Assembly: GCA_965248575.1 (NCBI GenBank) | Contig: CBDFJQ010000002.1 | Coordinates: 1,952,001-2,016,000 of the forward strand | Reading direction: 5' to 3' | DNA length: 64,000 bases | DNA from: Planctomycetota bacterium | GTDB lineage: Bacteria; Planctomycetota; B15-G4 | Shown: positions 1 through 9,791 of the stretch, piece by piece | Numbering within the stretch: the first letter of the stretch is position 1 | How the letters are laid out: each line of letters opens with the position of its first letter | The notes under the pieces: generated by a model | The model's input: only the letters and a program-made list of their open reading frames with translations | What the model was told of the DNA's origin: nothing | Database searches by the model: none | Translations under genes and position numbers: made by a program

Positions 1-833
1 ACCGCGATGTCACCGGGATGAACATCAGCAGTGGACGCTGGTTCACGCCCGAGGAAGAAGAGCAGGGCGAGGAGGTCGCGCTCATCAGCCTGCGCCTGGC
101 CGAAGGAATGTTCGACGGCAAGTCCCCCCTGGGGCTGAACGTGGACGCTCTGGGCCGGCGCTTCCGGATCATCGGTGTTTTCGAGAGCAACTCGAGCTTC
201 GCCTACTCCCTCTTCGTGCCCTACCCCACTTCGATGGAGATGGGCGATACGGGAGGACGCTTCGTCAGTCGTATTGCCTTTGCGCCCCTCCGTCCGGACC
301 TGGCTGCCGATGCCATCCAGGAGATCCGCTCGGCCATCAGCGTGCTCTACTCCCTCGACCCCGAAGACGAGACGGCCCTCGACATCAAGGAGAACACGGC
401 CTTCGTCGAGAAGATCGAGGCCGTGAGCTTCGGGCTCGAGACCTTGGTGGTCGTGATCGCCACCATCGCCCTGGTGCTGGGCTGCCTCGGCGCCGCCAAC
501 GTGGTCGGTATCGCCGTGGCCGAGCGCACCGGTGAGCTGGGCTTGCGCAAGGCCTTGGGTGCCACCGCCGGCAGACTGCGCGCCGAGGTCCTGAGCGAGA
601 CACTGATCCTGTGCACGGCGGGAGGCGCGTTGGGCGTCGGACTCGGCGCAGCCTGCATCGCGCTCCTGGGACCGCTCTCCTTCTCGGACAACGCCATCCT
701 CGTTCCGCGCACGAATCCGGAGCAACTGCTCGCGGCCTCCCTGCTGCTCGTCATCACGGCCACCCTGGCCGCTCTGCCCGCCGCACACCGTGCGGCACGT
801 CTCAACCCGGTGGATGCCTTGCGGGCCGAGTAG
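1..833 (+). CDS. ABC transporter permease, MacB/FtsX family (5'-truncated)
   Basis: GRWFTPEE periplasmic motif; C-terminal VAERTGELGLRKALGA and AARLNPVDALRAE FtsX-domain signatures; frame is open to the window edge. Confidence 0.9.
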   Translation, partial: RDVTGMNISSGRWFTPEEEEQGEEVALISLRLAEGMFDGKSPLGLNVDALGRRFRIIGVFESNSSFAYSLFVPYPTSMEMGDTGGRFVSRIAFAPLRPDLAADAIQEIRSAISVLYSLDPEDETALDIKENTAFVEKIEAVSFGLETLVVVIATIALVLGCLGAANVVGIAVAERTGELGLRKALGATAGRLRAEVLSETLILCTAGGALGVGLGAACIALLGPLSFSDNAILVPRTNPEQLLAASLLLVITATLAALPAAHRAARLNPVDALRAE

Positions 834-851
834 TCGAGGCTTACCAGGACC

Positions 852-1913
852 TTACCAGGGCCAGACCGACGGCCGGATCTTGCGCGCGAGCCCGGAGGCA
901 CGGTGTCGGTGAGGGCCCAACCTGGCCCCGCCGAGGACGACAGCCGCGAACGTCAAGATCAGCAGCGCGAAGACGGACTCTCCCAGGCCGTAGGCGAGAC
1001 CCGCGTGCAGCAGCAAGCCAGCCGCGAGGGCCCCGCGAGTGTCCAGCCAACGCTGCCGCGTGTCCCAGGAGCCGAGCACCCGGAACATCGCGAAGACACA
1101 ACAGGCAGCACCGACGAAGGCGTAGTTCGGCTGAGCCCAGCCGAAGTGGTAATCGTTACCCAAGGTCAGGGCGACCGCTGCGCCGAGCGCCAGGGCCATG
1201 CACACGACGAACGCACAGCTGCGCAGCAAGCGCGCCTCCGGGCGCGCCTTCAAGACGCTGCCCGAACGAGCGCAGAGCACAAACACGCAGGCGGCCAAGA
1301 GCGCCGGAGCCAAGATCTCGCGCGGCAATCCGCCGAGCATCCAAGTGCCCCACAGCGGCGCTCCTGTCGCGAGCAGGCTGTGCCCATGCAAGAGCCCGTA
1401 GGCACTGGCCAGGCCAAGCAGATAGGCCGCAGCGTGCGTCGCCACTGCCACGGGGAGGTCGAGCGGGCTGCCTTCGACGCGCGCCAGCCACCAACCCAGG
1501 CCAGCGGCCAGCAAGGCACACACGATGGCGTCCGCCGGGAGCAGCGCTGTGCACAAGAGCCCGCCCAGCAACCATGGGCGCGAAAACTCCCAAGAGTGAT
1601 CGCCCTCGGCGATCCAGGCGTCCGAACCCTTGGCCCGTCGCTGTGCAAACGTCAACAAGAACACCGCAGCAGCCGCCACCAGGACGAAGAAGCAGGCCCG
1701 CGCATCCCGGTTCATGGACTCGGAGAGCGTGAACAGGCCCACACCCAGCGGACCCGAACCAGACCGAACACCGCCGCTGGAAGCCGAGCTCAAAACGGGC
1801 ACCACGATCAGCTTGTGCCCGATCGCCCAACCCAACACCACGCCGCCCATGGCCACCGCCGACCGCAGGCCTCGTGTTGACCCCTCGGCTTGCTTCCGCG
1901 TCGTGTCGCTCAT
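852..1913 (-). CDS. Hypothetical polytopic membrane protein
   Basis: 353-aa ORF with many hydrophobic segments; no family motif recognised. Confidence 0.6.
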   Translation of the reverse strand: MSDTTRKQAEGSTRGLRSAVAMGGVVLGWAIGHKLIVVPVLSSASSGGVRSGSGPLGVGLFTLSESMNRDARACFFVLVAAAAVFLLTFAQRRAKGSDAWIAEGDHSWEFSRPWLLGGLLCTALLPADAIVCALLAAGLGWWLARVEGSPLDLPVAVATHAAAYLLGLASAYGLLHGHSLLATGAPLWGTWMLGGLPREILAPALLAACVFVLCARSGSVLKARPEARLLRSCAFVVCMALALGAAVALTLGNDYHFGWAQPNYAFVGAACCVFAMFRVLGSWDTRQRWLDTRGALAAGLLLHAGLAYGLGESVFALLILTFAAVVLGGARLGPHRHRASGLARKIRPSVWPW

Positions 1914-1953
1914 CGCTCAATCCCCGTGAGGAGCTCAGGCTCGTGTCGCGCTG

Positions 1954-2418
1954 CTAGGAGACTGCCTCCGACTCCGTCTGCTCTGAATGTTCCTTGAGGC
2001 AAGCCAAGTCGCTCTCGACACACTTCTTCATGGTGTTCGTCATCATCTTTGCGAGCGGCGTCATGAGCTTGGCCATCAGACTGTGCGCCTCGGCGCGGAA
2101 GTCCATGGTGACGTTGGTTCCCCCGTCTTCCGGTGTGAACGTGATCGTCGTCACATACAGGGAACCATGACTGTCCGCCTGCAGGACATAGCGCTCGTTG
2201 GGTTCGAACTCGGTGATCTCCATCTCCTCGGTGCACTCGCGCTTGAACATGATGCGCGTCTCCCGAAAGCGGGTACCGACACCGACGGGACCGTCCGTGA
2301 GAACTTCCGACTTGCTGATGCCCTCGATGAAGCTGGCTGTCTCAGCAAAGTTCGTCGCATGCGCGAAGACACGCTCTGCCGGAGCATTCACTTGGCAGCT
2401 GACAGAGATTCCCGGCAT
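1954..2418 (-). CDS. SRPBCC (START-like) family protein
   Basis: VNAPAERVF, GPVGVGTRFRETR, EITEFEP; start placed at MPGISV after a purine-rich RBS. Confidence 0.85.
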   Translation of the reverse strand: MPGISVSCQVNAPAERVFAHATNFAETASFIEGISKSEVLTDGPVGVGTRFRETRIMFKRECTEEMEITEFEPNERYVLQADSHGSLYVTTITFTPEDGGTNVTMDFRAEAHSLMAKLMTPLAKMMTNTMKKCVESDLACLKEHSEQTESEAVS

Positions 2419-2638
2419 TTCACGCTTCCTCTCGTTTGTTTCCCGGTCAGTGCCGATCAGCCCCAGATGGGCTGCGCTCGGGGCGTGGCACACCGTTCGA
2501 TCCTCAGCTGCCTAGCCTAACACCCTACTGCGGACCCATCCTGCCAGCGTGAACGCAGCTCCCACCCTCCATCCGATTCCTTGCTGTAGTCTTCAGAGAA
2601 TCCGCTGTTCGCCCTGAATCCCCTCCGAGATGCATGAG

Positions 2639-4105
2639 ATGGCCGCACGTCGATCCATCGTCTTCTTGCTCGCCCTGTGGCTGGGTCTCGCACCCGTTGC
2701 CCACGCCACCTGGTCTATCATCCTGGTGGACAGCGCCACGGGGGAGGTGGCGGTGGGCACAGCCACCTGTCTGCCCGGCACCGATCTGCGTGCGTTCGTG
2801 CCCGTGATCGTCGTCGGGGTGGGTGCCGGTGCCACCCAGAGTCAGGTCGACCCTTCGGGCAAGCACAAGAAGCTCATCTTCAATGAGCTCAAAGCGGGAA
2901 CAGACCCAGCCCAGATCATCGCGTTGCTGAAGCTCGCGGAAACGGTGCCCGGCTTGAAGTGTTCGCGGCAGTACGGCGTGGTCGACATGCTCGGCGGCTC
3001 CGCGAGTTTCAGCGGCGGCTGCAACGGCCCATTCCGAGGCCATCGCTTCGGAACCGTCGGCACGGTGAGCTACGCAATCCAAGGCAACGTCCTCACCGGC
3101 TTGCCCGTGGTCCTGGCCGCAGAGGCCGCCATCATGTCCAGCGGCGGCCTGCTCTCGGACCGGCTGATGGCGGGAATGGAGGCGGCGCGTTCCATGGGAG
3201 GCGACGGTCGCTGCTCCTGTGACATGAACCCGCCCGCCGATTCCTGTGGCGCACCACCTGTGGGCGGCTTCGTGAAGTCGGCCCATGTGGGCACCGTGAT
3301 CGTGGCCCGGGTCGGCGATACGGACGGCCCCTGCGCAGGGGGGGCGCTTGGCTGCGCGGGAGGCGACTACTGGCTCAACCTGAACTACATGGGTGGGACG
3401 ACGGACCCCGACCCCGTGTTCTACCTGGCTGACGTCTACAACGACTTCAAGCAACGCCGCAGCGGGCAAGTGGATGGCGTGGCCAGCAGCGCCAGCTGGA
3501 GGACGCCGACACTGCTGCCTGGGGGCGGCGCCGTGGCACAGCTGGATCTCAGCCTGGCCGACCTCAACGGCATCCCGCTGCAAACGGGCGGTGCAGCGAT
3601 CCATGTGCAGCACACCGAGGACAGCGCGGGCCTCAGCACGCGCCAGATCGTCACGGACAACGCTGACGGAACCTACAGCATCCGCTTCCTCGCCTCGGCG
3701 ACCTCAGGCACGGATCGTTTCGAGATCAGCATGAGCACCGGGCTCGGCGAGGCCACCCTCTACCCGCTACCCGAGATCGACTACCCGCTGCCCCTGCAGA
3801 GCAGCCACGACGAGCTGTCGGCCGCCCTGGGCGGGGAGCTGGTGTTCGACCTGGCAGGGCCGGAGCAGGCGGCGGGCCAGACCTATGTCCTTCGGCTCTC
3901 ACTTGACTCCTTGGCGAACGCGCCCGAAGTGAGCCTCACCCTCCCTCCCCAGGCGCTGGACGCCCAGGGCCGGGCGACTGTGGAGCTTTCCTTGCCTCCG
4001 GGGCGGCTCGCCCCCCTGGTCGGGCGAACGGTGCTGGCGCAATGGGTCACGAGCAAACCCAGCCCCTTCTCGAGCGCTCCAGCCGAGGTGCGGATCCTGC
4101 CCTGA
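2639..4105 (+). CDS. Secreted DUF1028 (Ntn-hydrolase-like) protein with Ig-like and C-terminal domains
   Basis: Signal peptide ending AHA then TWSIILVD..TGEVAVG; RQYGVVD, YAIQGNVL, GGDGRC; VTDNADGTY Ig/invasin-like motif. Confidence 0.8.
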   Translation: MAARRSIVFLLALWLGLAPVAHATWSIILVDSATGEVAVGTATCLPGTDLRAFVPVIVVGVGAGATQSQVDPSGKHKKLIFNELKAGTDPAQIIALLKLAETVPGLKCSRQYGVVDMLGGSASFSGGCNGPFRGHRFGTVGTVSYAIQGNVLTGLPVVLAAEAAIMSSGGLLSDRLMAGMEAARSMGGDGRCSCDMNPPADSCGAPPVGGFVKSAHVGTVIVARVGDTDGPCAGGALGCAGGDYWLNLNYMGGTTDPDPVFYLADVYNDFKQRRSGQVDGVASSASWRTPTLLPGGGAVAQLDLSLADLNGIPLQTGGAAIHVQHTEDSAGLSTRQIVTDNADGTYSIRFLASATSGTDRFEISMSTGLGEATLYPLPEIDYPLPLQSSHDELSAALGGELVFDLAGPEQAAGQTYVLRLSLDSLANAPEVSLTLPPQALDAQGRATVELSLPPGRLAPLVGRTVLAQWVTSKPSPFSSAPAEVRILP

Positions 4106-4237
4106 GGTCAGCCTCCGGACCATCCGGGCTCCTGCGATGGCCGTGTCCCTCGGCCATCAGCTCGAACTGATGGCTGGTCGATAGGGCCCCCAGCCAGTTG
4201 GCCATGGCCCTTTCGCCCCCTGCGCGGTGCTCCGCTC

Positions 4238-5860
4238 GTGCCCCCCGATCCCCCGTCCGATCTCCGCAGCGCTCCCTCCGCGAAGGACGCCCTGCACGCT
4301 GAACCACCCACGGTGGACCTGGCGATCATTGGCGGTGGCATCCAAGGGGCCTGCCTCGCGCGCGATGCCGCGGGCCGTGGACTCTCCGTCGCGCTGTTCG
4401 AGAAGGGCGATCTGGCCGGCGCCACCTCGTCGGCCAGCAGCAAGTTGATCCACGGTGGGCTGCGCTATCTGGAACACGGCGAGTTCCGGTTGGTTCGCGA
4501 GGCCTTGGCAGAGCGCGAAGTCCTGCTGCGCAACGCACCGCACCTCGTGCATCCCATACGCTTCGTCCTGCCGCATGTGCCCAGCTCGCGCCCGCGCTGG
4601 ATGGTTCGACTGGGGTTGTTCCTCTATGACCGCCTGGGGGGTGCCCGGAGTGTTCCGGCCTCCGCCTTCGTGCGCCTGGAGGGCTCGCCCTTCGGCCGAG
4701 GCCTGGCCCACCACCTCGAGCACGCCCATGTGTACAGCGACTGCTTCACGGACGACGCCCGTCTGGTGGTCCTGAACGCACTGGACGCCGCGAACCGTGG
4801 GGCGCAGATCTGTACCCGCACGGAAGTGATCGCCGCTCACCGCAGCCAGGGCCTCTGGTCACTCGCTGTCATGAACAAGCTCGGCGGGCAGGCCAGTACG
4901 CCCGCGTCCAGCGAAGTCATCCACGCCCGAGCCCTCGTCAACGCCGCAGGCCCGTGGGCCGGCCGAGTGCGCGCGGAGGTCCTGCAACAAGCCCGGCGCG
5001 ACCCTCTTCGGCTGGTGCAGGGCACGCACATCGTGGTCCCGAGGTTGCACGACGGCGACCACGCCCTGACGTTGCCGCTGGCAGACGGGCGCATCGTCTT
5101 CGTCATTCCGTATGGACGTGCCCACTCACTCATCGGCACCACCGAGACCTCGCTGCAGAGCCCAGACAGGGCCGCCCCCAGCGCGGACGAGATTCGCTAC
5201 CTGTGCGCGGCAGTGAGCGGCTTCCTGACGACTCCTGTGCGGGCCGAGGACGTCGTTTGGAGCTTCGCCGGTGTTCGCCCTCTGTACGAGATCGAATCGG
5301 ACACGCGCGCCAAGCACGCCGCCGTGAGCCGGGAAGATGTACTCGAACTATCCCCGGCGGACGGGGGCGCCGTGTCCACGGACGCACCCCTTGTCGACGT
5401 GTTCGGAGGCAAGTTGACCACCGCACGTCGTGTGGCAGAACGCACCCTGGCGACGCTCGCTCCGTGGTTCCCGCAGCTCCCGCCAGCTTGGACCGCCGAC
5501 GCGGCCCTACCAGGTGGAGACCAGCAGCCGGCGGACGTTCGGCAGGCCCTCGGCCGTGCGTTGACCGCTGCGCCCGGGGCAAGTCTCGACGCTCTCGTCG
5601 CCCGCCATGGCTCGCGCGCGCTCCAACTCGCGAAGTCCTTCGGAGAGCTTGGGGAGGAGCTGGCCCCCGGGCTTCACGAGGCCGAAATCGTCTGGCTCAT
5701 GGACCAGGAATGGGCGCTCACCGTCGACGACATCCTGTGGCGACGAACCAAGGCCGGGCTGGGCGCAAGCCTCAAGCAGCAGGAGGCCGTTGCACGTCTC
5801 GTGACACGCTGCGCGACACCTCGTCCACCGGTGCCAGCAGTCGGCCGGGATCGTCGCTGA
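4238..5860 (+). CDS. glpD: FAD-dependent glycerol-3-phosphate dehydrogenase
   Basis: IIGGGIQG, ATSSASSKLIHGGLRYLE, DDARL, VNAAGPW, GVRPL, GGKLTT, DDILWRRTK. Confidence 0.95.
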   Translation: MPPDPPSDLRSAPSAKDALHAEPPTVDLAIIGGGIQGACLARDAAGRGLSVALFEKGDLAGATSSASSKLIHGGLRYLEHGEFRLVREALAEREVLLRNAPHLVHPIRFVLPHVPSSRPRWMVRLGLFLYDRLGGARSVPASAFVRLEGSPFGRGLAHHLEHAHVYSDCFTDDARLVVLNALDAANRGAQICTRTEVIAAHRSQGLWSLAVMNKLGGQASTPASSEVIHARALVNAAGPWAGRVRAEVLQQARRDPLRLVQGTHIVVPRLHDGDHALTLPLADGRIVFVIPYGRAHSLIGTTETSLQSPDRAAPSADEIRYLCAAVSGFLTTPVRAEDVVWSFAGVRPLYEIESDTRAKHAAVSREDVLELSPADGGAVSTDAPLVDVFGGKLTTARRVAERTLATLAPWFPQLPPAWTADAALPGGDQQPADVRQALGRALTAAPGASLDALVARHGSRALQLAKSFGELGEELAPGLHEAEIVWLMDQEWALTVDDILWRRTKAGLGASLKQQEAVARLVTRCATPRPPVPAVGRDRR

Positions 5861-6569
5861 AGACCGCGTCGATCCCCGCTGCGAAGAGCTCCTCTGCGCG
5901 GTCAGGTCGGTTCACGGTGAAGGCGCGAAGCACGAGATCGCCGCGGCGTTGCGCAATCTCCCGTAGGCGCTCGTCATCCAACCACTGCTCCGACATGTGC
6001 ACAGCGGAGCAGCCGAGGACCAAGGCGCGTTCGGCCCAGTCATCGCAAGCATCCGGCAGCCCCAACGCACGGGGAACCTCGGGCAGCAGCCTTCCTGCAG
6101 CCAGCAATGCCTCGGGGCACTTCGAGGAGAACACCAACTCGTGATGAGGCACCGAGGCGATCACCCGCGCTACCTCGGTGGCGGTCGCCTCCGCATGGGC
6201 TGCATCGGTCTTGGCCTCCACGTGCACCGAAAGACCCAGCTCATGGCAAAGCCGCATGGCCTCCTCGAAGCCCGGGACATGCTCGTCAGAGAACGCCGCC
6301 GCGAACCAGCTCCCCGCGTCCAGCACCGCCAGGCTCGTGAGGCTGAACGCGATCACGGGTCCCGAGCCGTTCGTCGTGCGGTGCAGCTCGTCGTCGTGCA
6401 TGAGCGCCAGGGAACCGCAGCCCGTGAGCCGGACATCAAACTCCACCCAACGCGCGCCATAGCGCGCCGACGCCCGGATGCCGGCCAGGGTGTTCTCGGG
6501 AGCGAACTTGGCGGCCCCACGATGTCCGATGACGCGCTCCCGGCGCGCGAGTGAGTCAGGCGATGACAT
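5772..6569 (-). CDS. ugpQ: Glycerophosphodiester phosphodiesterase (UgpQ/GlpQ family)
   Basis: IGHRGA..APENTL, VEFDV, MHD, RTTNGSG, LDAGSWF, FTVN, FSDDP. Confidence 0.92.
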   Translation of the reverse strand: MSSPDSLARRERVIGHRGAAKFAPENTLAGIRASARYGARWVEFDVRLTGCGSLALMHDDELHRTTNGSGPVIAFSLTSLAVLDAGSWFAAAFSDEHVPGFEEAMRLCHELGLSVHVEAKTDAAHAEATATEVARVIASVPHHELVFSSKCPEALLAAGRLLPEVPRALGLPDACDDWAERALVLGCSAVHMSEQWLDDERLREIAQRRGDLVLRAFTVNRPDRAEELFAAGIDAVFSDDPGRLLAPVDEVSRSVSRDVQRPPAA

Positions 6570-6625
6570 GGCGTGATTCCAGGAGGCGTGCGGGCCGGCC
6601 CGCCTAGGGGCCCGGCAACTCCTGC

Positions 6626-6957
6626 TCATCGACCCAGGCCCCGCGCCGGCTTGAGGGTCGACGAGAGCTGCGAATCCACGCTGTCGTGGTGGTGCCGGAT
6701 ATCGACGGCCTCCACTAGGAAAATCACGTCATCAGCAATGTTCGTGGCCAGATTGGCCACCCGCCCGAGCTGAGGGAGGCCGTCAGGTAGTCGAGGCAGG
6801 ACTCCACGTCCTGCGAGCTGACGCGCATGCGCTGGATCAGCTTCACGAAATGCTTCCAATTCAGGTCTTCCAGCTCATCGTTCGGGGCACAGACCGCTTG
6901 GGCCATGGGCACGATGAGAACGGCAGAAACAGCGCTGGCAGTGACGGTACGAAGCAT
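6626..6957 (-). pseudogene. phoU: phoU remnant (C-terminal half, frameshifted)
   Basis: One frame gives MAQAVCAPNDELEDLN..LIQRMR..VESCLDYLTAS; after a shift near 6773 the next frame gives QLGRVANLATNIADDVIFLVEAVDIRH, matching the PhoU LERIAD.ATNIAE.VIF motif; N-terminal half not found. Confidence 0.75.
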
Positions 6958-7079
6958 CCTGAGTCCTCGGATTGGTTGGAACAGCGGCGAGGTCTGTCCA
7001 ACCAAGGCGAAGACACTGCGTGTACTTCGTGCAGACTGTGTGAAGGCCTACAAGCTCCCTCAGCCGAGTCACATGGGAA

Positions 7080-8657
7080 CTACACCTTCTCCACGTACTT
7101 CAAATAGAAGGCGTCGAAGTCGTCCCAATCCTCGTCCGTCCATGACCCGAAGGTCTTCTCGTAGGTGAGGTCCTGGATCTCGTTGGTGTTGGCCTGCTGG
7201 AAGTAGTCCTCAGGGTCCGAGGAGGGGGCCTGGCCCACGGGCTCTTTCTTGTACTGCTCTTGGGCCTTCAGCATCAGGCCCTGGGCCACCTCCAACCGAG
7301 CCTCTAGCAGATTGCCGAGGTAGTCCGGGAGGATCCGCTTCCACTGCGGCTTCAAGCGCTTGCTCTCCCGCAGCATGTGCACCAGGGCCCAGCCCTGGGC
7401 GTAGTGCACACGTCCGTTGGCGTAGTACTCCTGCTGGCTGTAGCGCATCAGATCCTGGAGCGCCGTCGCCGCACCATCCGAGGAGTCCTTGCCTTGTGAG
7501 CGCAGCATGCAAGCCTTCTTCACACCCTCCTGGCGACCGATACCACCCCCCGCGTTGCCGAAGGACAGCACGCGGTACGAGCGTGAGAGCTTCGCCCCCG
7601 CGAAGTAGTCCCCGTGCCCTTCGTTGTACCAGCTGTGCGGAGCGAGCTCGCCGTAGAAGTAGTAGATGTACTGATGGAAGGCCTCGTGATTCAGCACGGC
7701 CAAGGTGAACGAGCGCGGCGCCATGTCGAAGAACACCAGCTCGCGCTGACCGGAGCTCCAGTAGCCGCCTGAGCCCTCGCTGCCACCGTAACCGAGGTAG
7801 TCCTGCCGGCTGTCACAGACGCGCACGATGGAGATGTCGTCGAAGCTCTCGCCCTCCGGCGGATACAGCTCCTCGTAGGTGTCGCGAATCGCCTCGATCT
7901 GATCCCCCATCTGCTTCACGAAGGTCTTCTCTGCGTTGAAGAGGAAGAGGTATCGATCGGTGCGCATGGAATCCCAACCCCGGGGAAGCTTGTCGATCTG
8001 CTCCTGGAGGAATCGTTCCTGTTCCGTCATCTGCGAGCGCTCGCCGTTCTCTTCGGACGGTGCCTCCTTGTCGATGCGCTTGAACGACTTGGCCGACTTC
8101 GAGAGGTCCTTCACGTCTTTCTTGAAGCGGTCCTTCCACGTCTTCCCCGTGAACACGAACACTCCGTCCTCTTGGTCGAGGAGCAGCTGATACACGGCGA
8201 GCTCTCCTGCCTGGGGAATCAGGTAGCGCTCCCGGGCCGGGCGCCTGCCCACGGAGATCTGCTTGTCCTTGTCCACTTCGCAGTAGCCTTCGGACTCCTC
8301 CAGCTCCAGCACGAGCTGCTCGAAGTACTGCTCGCGGGAATCGCCCTCCGGCACCATGGAGTTGGGGAAGAACATCACGTTCATGGTGTTGTGCCACGTC
8401 TGGTTACCGCTGATGGTGGCCTTGGTGCTCTTGAAGCGCGCCACGCTCACCACTTGATTCGGCTGCACGGGAAACGCCTCGAAGTTCTTGGCGGGCTTGA
8501 ACTGATACCCCAGGCGCGTGTCCTTGTGGAGCTGAGCCGTCACGCTGGACGGCAGCAGAGAGGTGAGAGCCAGAGTGAGCAGACAAGCCACCCAAGAACG
8601 CGACACGCCGATCTTCATCGAGACCACTCCCTGCCATGGGCTGGAGACGAGCGCCAT
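7080..8657 (-). CDS. Secreted zincin-type metallopeptidase-like protein (DUF1570-like)
   Basis: Signal peptide; HEAFHQY and WYNEGHGDYF gluzincin motifs; YAQGWALVH; start may be 8618 (MKIG). Confidence 0.75.
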   Translation of the reverse strand: MALVSSPWQGVVSMKIGVSRSWVACLLTLALTSLLPSSVTAQLHKDTRLGYQFKPAKNFEAFPVQPNQVVSVARFKSTKATISGNQTWHNTMNVMFFPNSMVPEGDSREQYFEQLVLELEESEGYCEVDKDKQISVGRRPARERYLIPQAGELAVYQLLLDQEDGVFVFTGKTWKDRFKKDVKDLSKSAKSFKRIDKEAPSEENGERSQMTEQERFLQEQIDKLPRGWDSMRTDRYLFLFNAEKTFVKQMGDQIEAIRDTYEELYPPEGESFDDISIVRVCDSRQDYLGYGGSEGSGGYWSSGQRELVFFDMAPRSFTLAVLNHEAFHQYIYYFYGELAPHSWYNEGHGDYFAGAKLSRSYRVLSFGNAGGGIGRQEGVKKACMLRSQGKDSSDGAATALQDLMRYSQQEYYANGRVHYAQGWALVHMLRESKRLKPQWKRILPDYLGNLLEARLEVAQGLMLKAQEQYKKEPVGQAPSSDPEDYFQQANTNEIQDLTYEKTFGSWTDEDWDDFDAFYLKYVEKV

Positions 8658-8774
8658 CGACCGAACCCCGCCCTGCCCCGGGCTGGTTTCGACGACTCGA
8701 TGAACGCCGGAAGCGCCGCGACGCGCCTCCTGAGTGGCGTGGAGTCTAGCAGCCCACAGCGAGCCCCTGGTGAC

Positions 8775-9791
8775 TCAGTCCCGAACGGAACCCACCCGGC
8801 CGAAGCGCAGGGGAGGGACCTCTCCCTCGCGCGCCTTGAAGATCATCCGGCAGGCCTCCACGCAGTCGCCGCAGCGGATGCACTCTGCGTCCCCGTAGAC
8901 CTCTCCGGCGTCGTTTTCTCCTTCGCCCGCAGCCGAAGGCATCTGTCCGATCAGATCCATGCTGGCCGAGGCCGCACAGTCCGAAGACGACGGTTCCGCT
9001 TCAGGGCTGGGGATCGGACGCCCGAGGGCCTTGGGGTCGATGTTCACCGGACAGATCTTCTCGCAGGCCCCGCACTCGATGCAGGGGCTGGGGTATTGGT
9101 CAAACACGATGCCGATCGGCGTGCGCGAGGTGACGAAGCGGTAGTACAAACCGATGGGACACGCCGAGCGACAGAAGCCGAACTTCCACTTGAAGGCATG
9201 CACGAAGCCACCGAAGCACAGCAGCAGCCAGACGCCCAGCACGACGCCCCTGGCGAGGGGGCTGCCATCCAGGAGCACGCGCCAGTCCACCCACCACAAC
9301 ATGATGGCGCTGATGAACGTCGCCACGAAGCCAGCGCCGGCCAGGTGGGACAGCGCCCACTTCCAGCGCTTGCGGCGCTTGAGGTGCACGTCTTCGCCGA
9401 GCCGACTGACGTAGCCAACAGGGCAACCCCAGCCACAGAAGAAGCGACCCACCACGATGTTCGTGGCGAAGGTGATGCCCCAGAGAATGGCCATGGCGAT
9501 CACGAAGCCGCCGAACCCCGTGACGAAGTCTACGGACTCAGTGAGCAGCAGGTGGTGGCCAGCCCAAAGGTCCATGCGAACCAGACCCGTGAGCGGGACA
9601 GCGAGCAAGATCACCAACGAGAGGGTGATGACCAGGATACGCAGCAGCTGATACGCGGCCCCGCGCGTCGCCACCGCCGTCAGGATGCGCACACGTTGAT
9701 CGTCGCGGATCTGCATGCCATGCACGGCTTGCTTCCCGGTGCTGGTACCGGTACCGCTTGCGGAAGCGCCGCTGGGGGAGGCGGCGGTCAC
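8775..9791 (-). CDS. Membrane 4Fe-4S protein, CcoG/FixG/NapH-like
   Basis: GRFFCGWGCPVG, FCRSACPIG, CIECGACEKICP, CIRCGDCVEAC; GTG start overlaps the upstream TGA (GTGA). Confidence 0.85.
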   Translation of the reverse strand: MTAASPSGASASGTGTSTGKQAVHGMQIRDDQRVRILTAVATRGAAYQLLRILVITLSLVILLAVPLTGLVRMDLWAGHHLLLTESVDFVTGFGGFVIAMAILWGITFATNIVVGRFFCGWGCPVGYVSRLGEDVHLKRRKRWKWALSHLAGAGFVATFISAIMLWWVDWRVLLDGSPLARGVVLGVWLLLCFGGFVHAFKWKFGFCRSACPIGLYYRFVTSRTPIGIVFDQYPSPCIECGACEKICPVNIDPKALGRPIPSPEAEPSSSDCAASASMDLIGQMPSAAGEGENDAGEVYGDAECIRCGDCVEACRMIFKAREGEVPPLRFGRVGSVRD

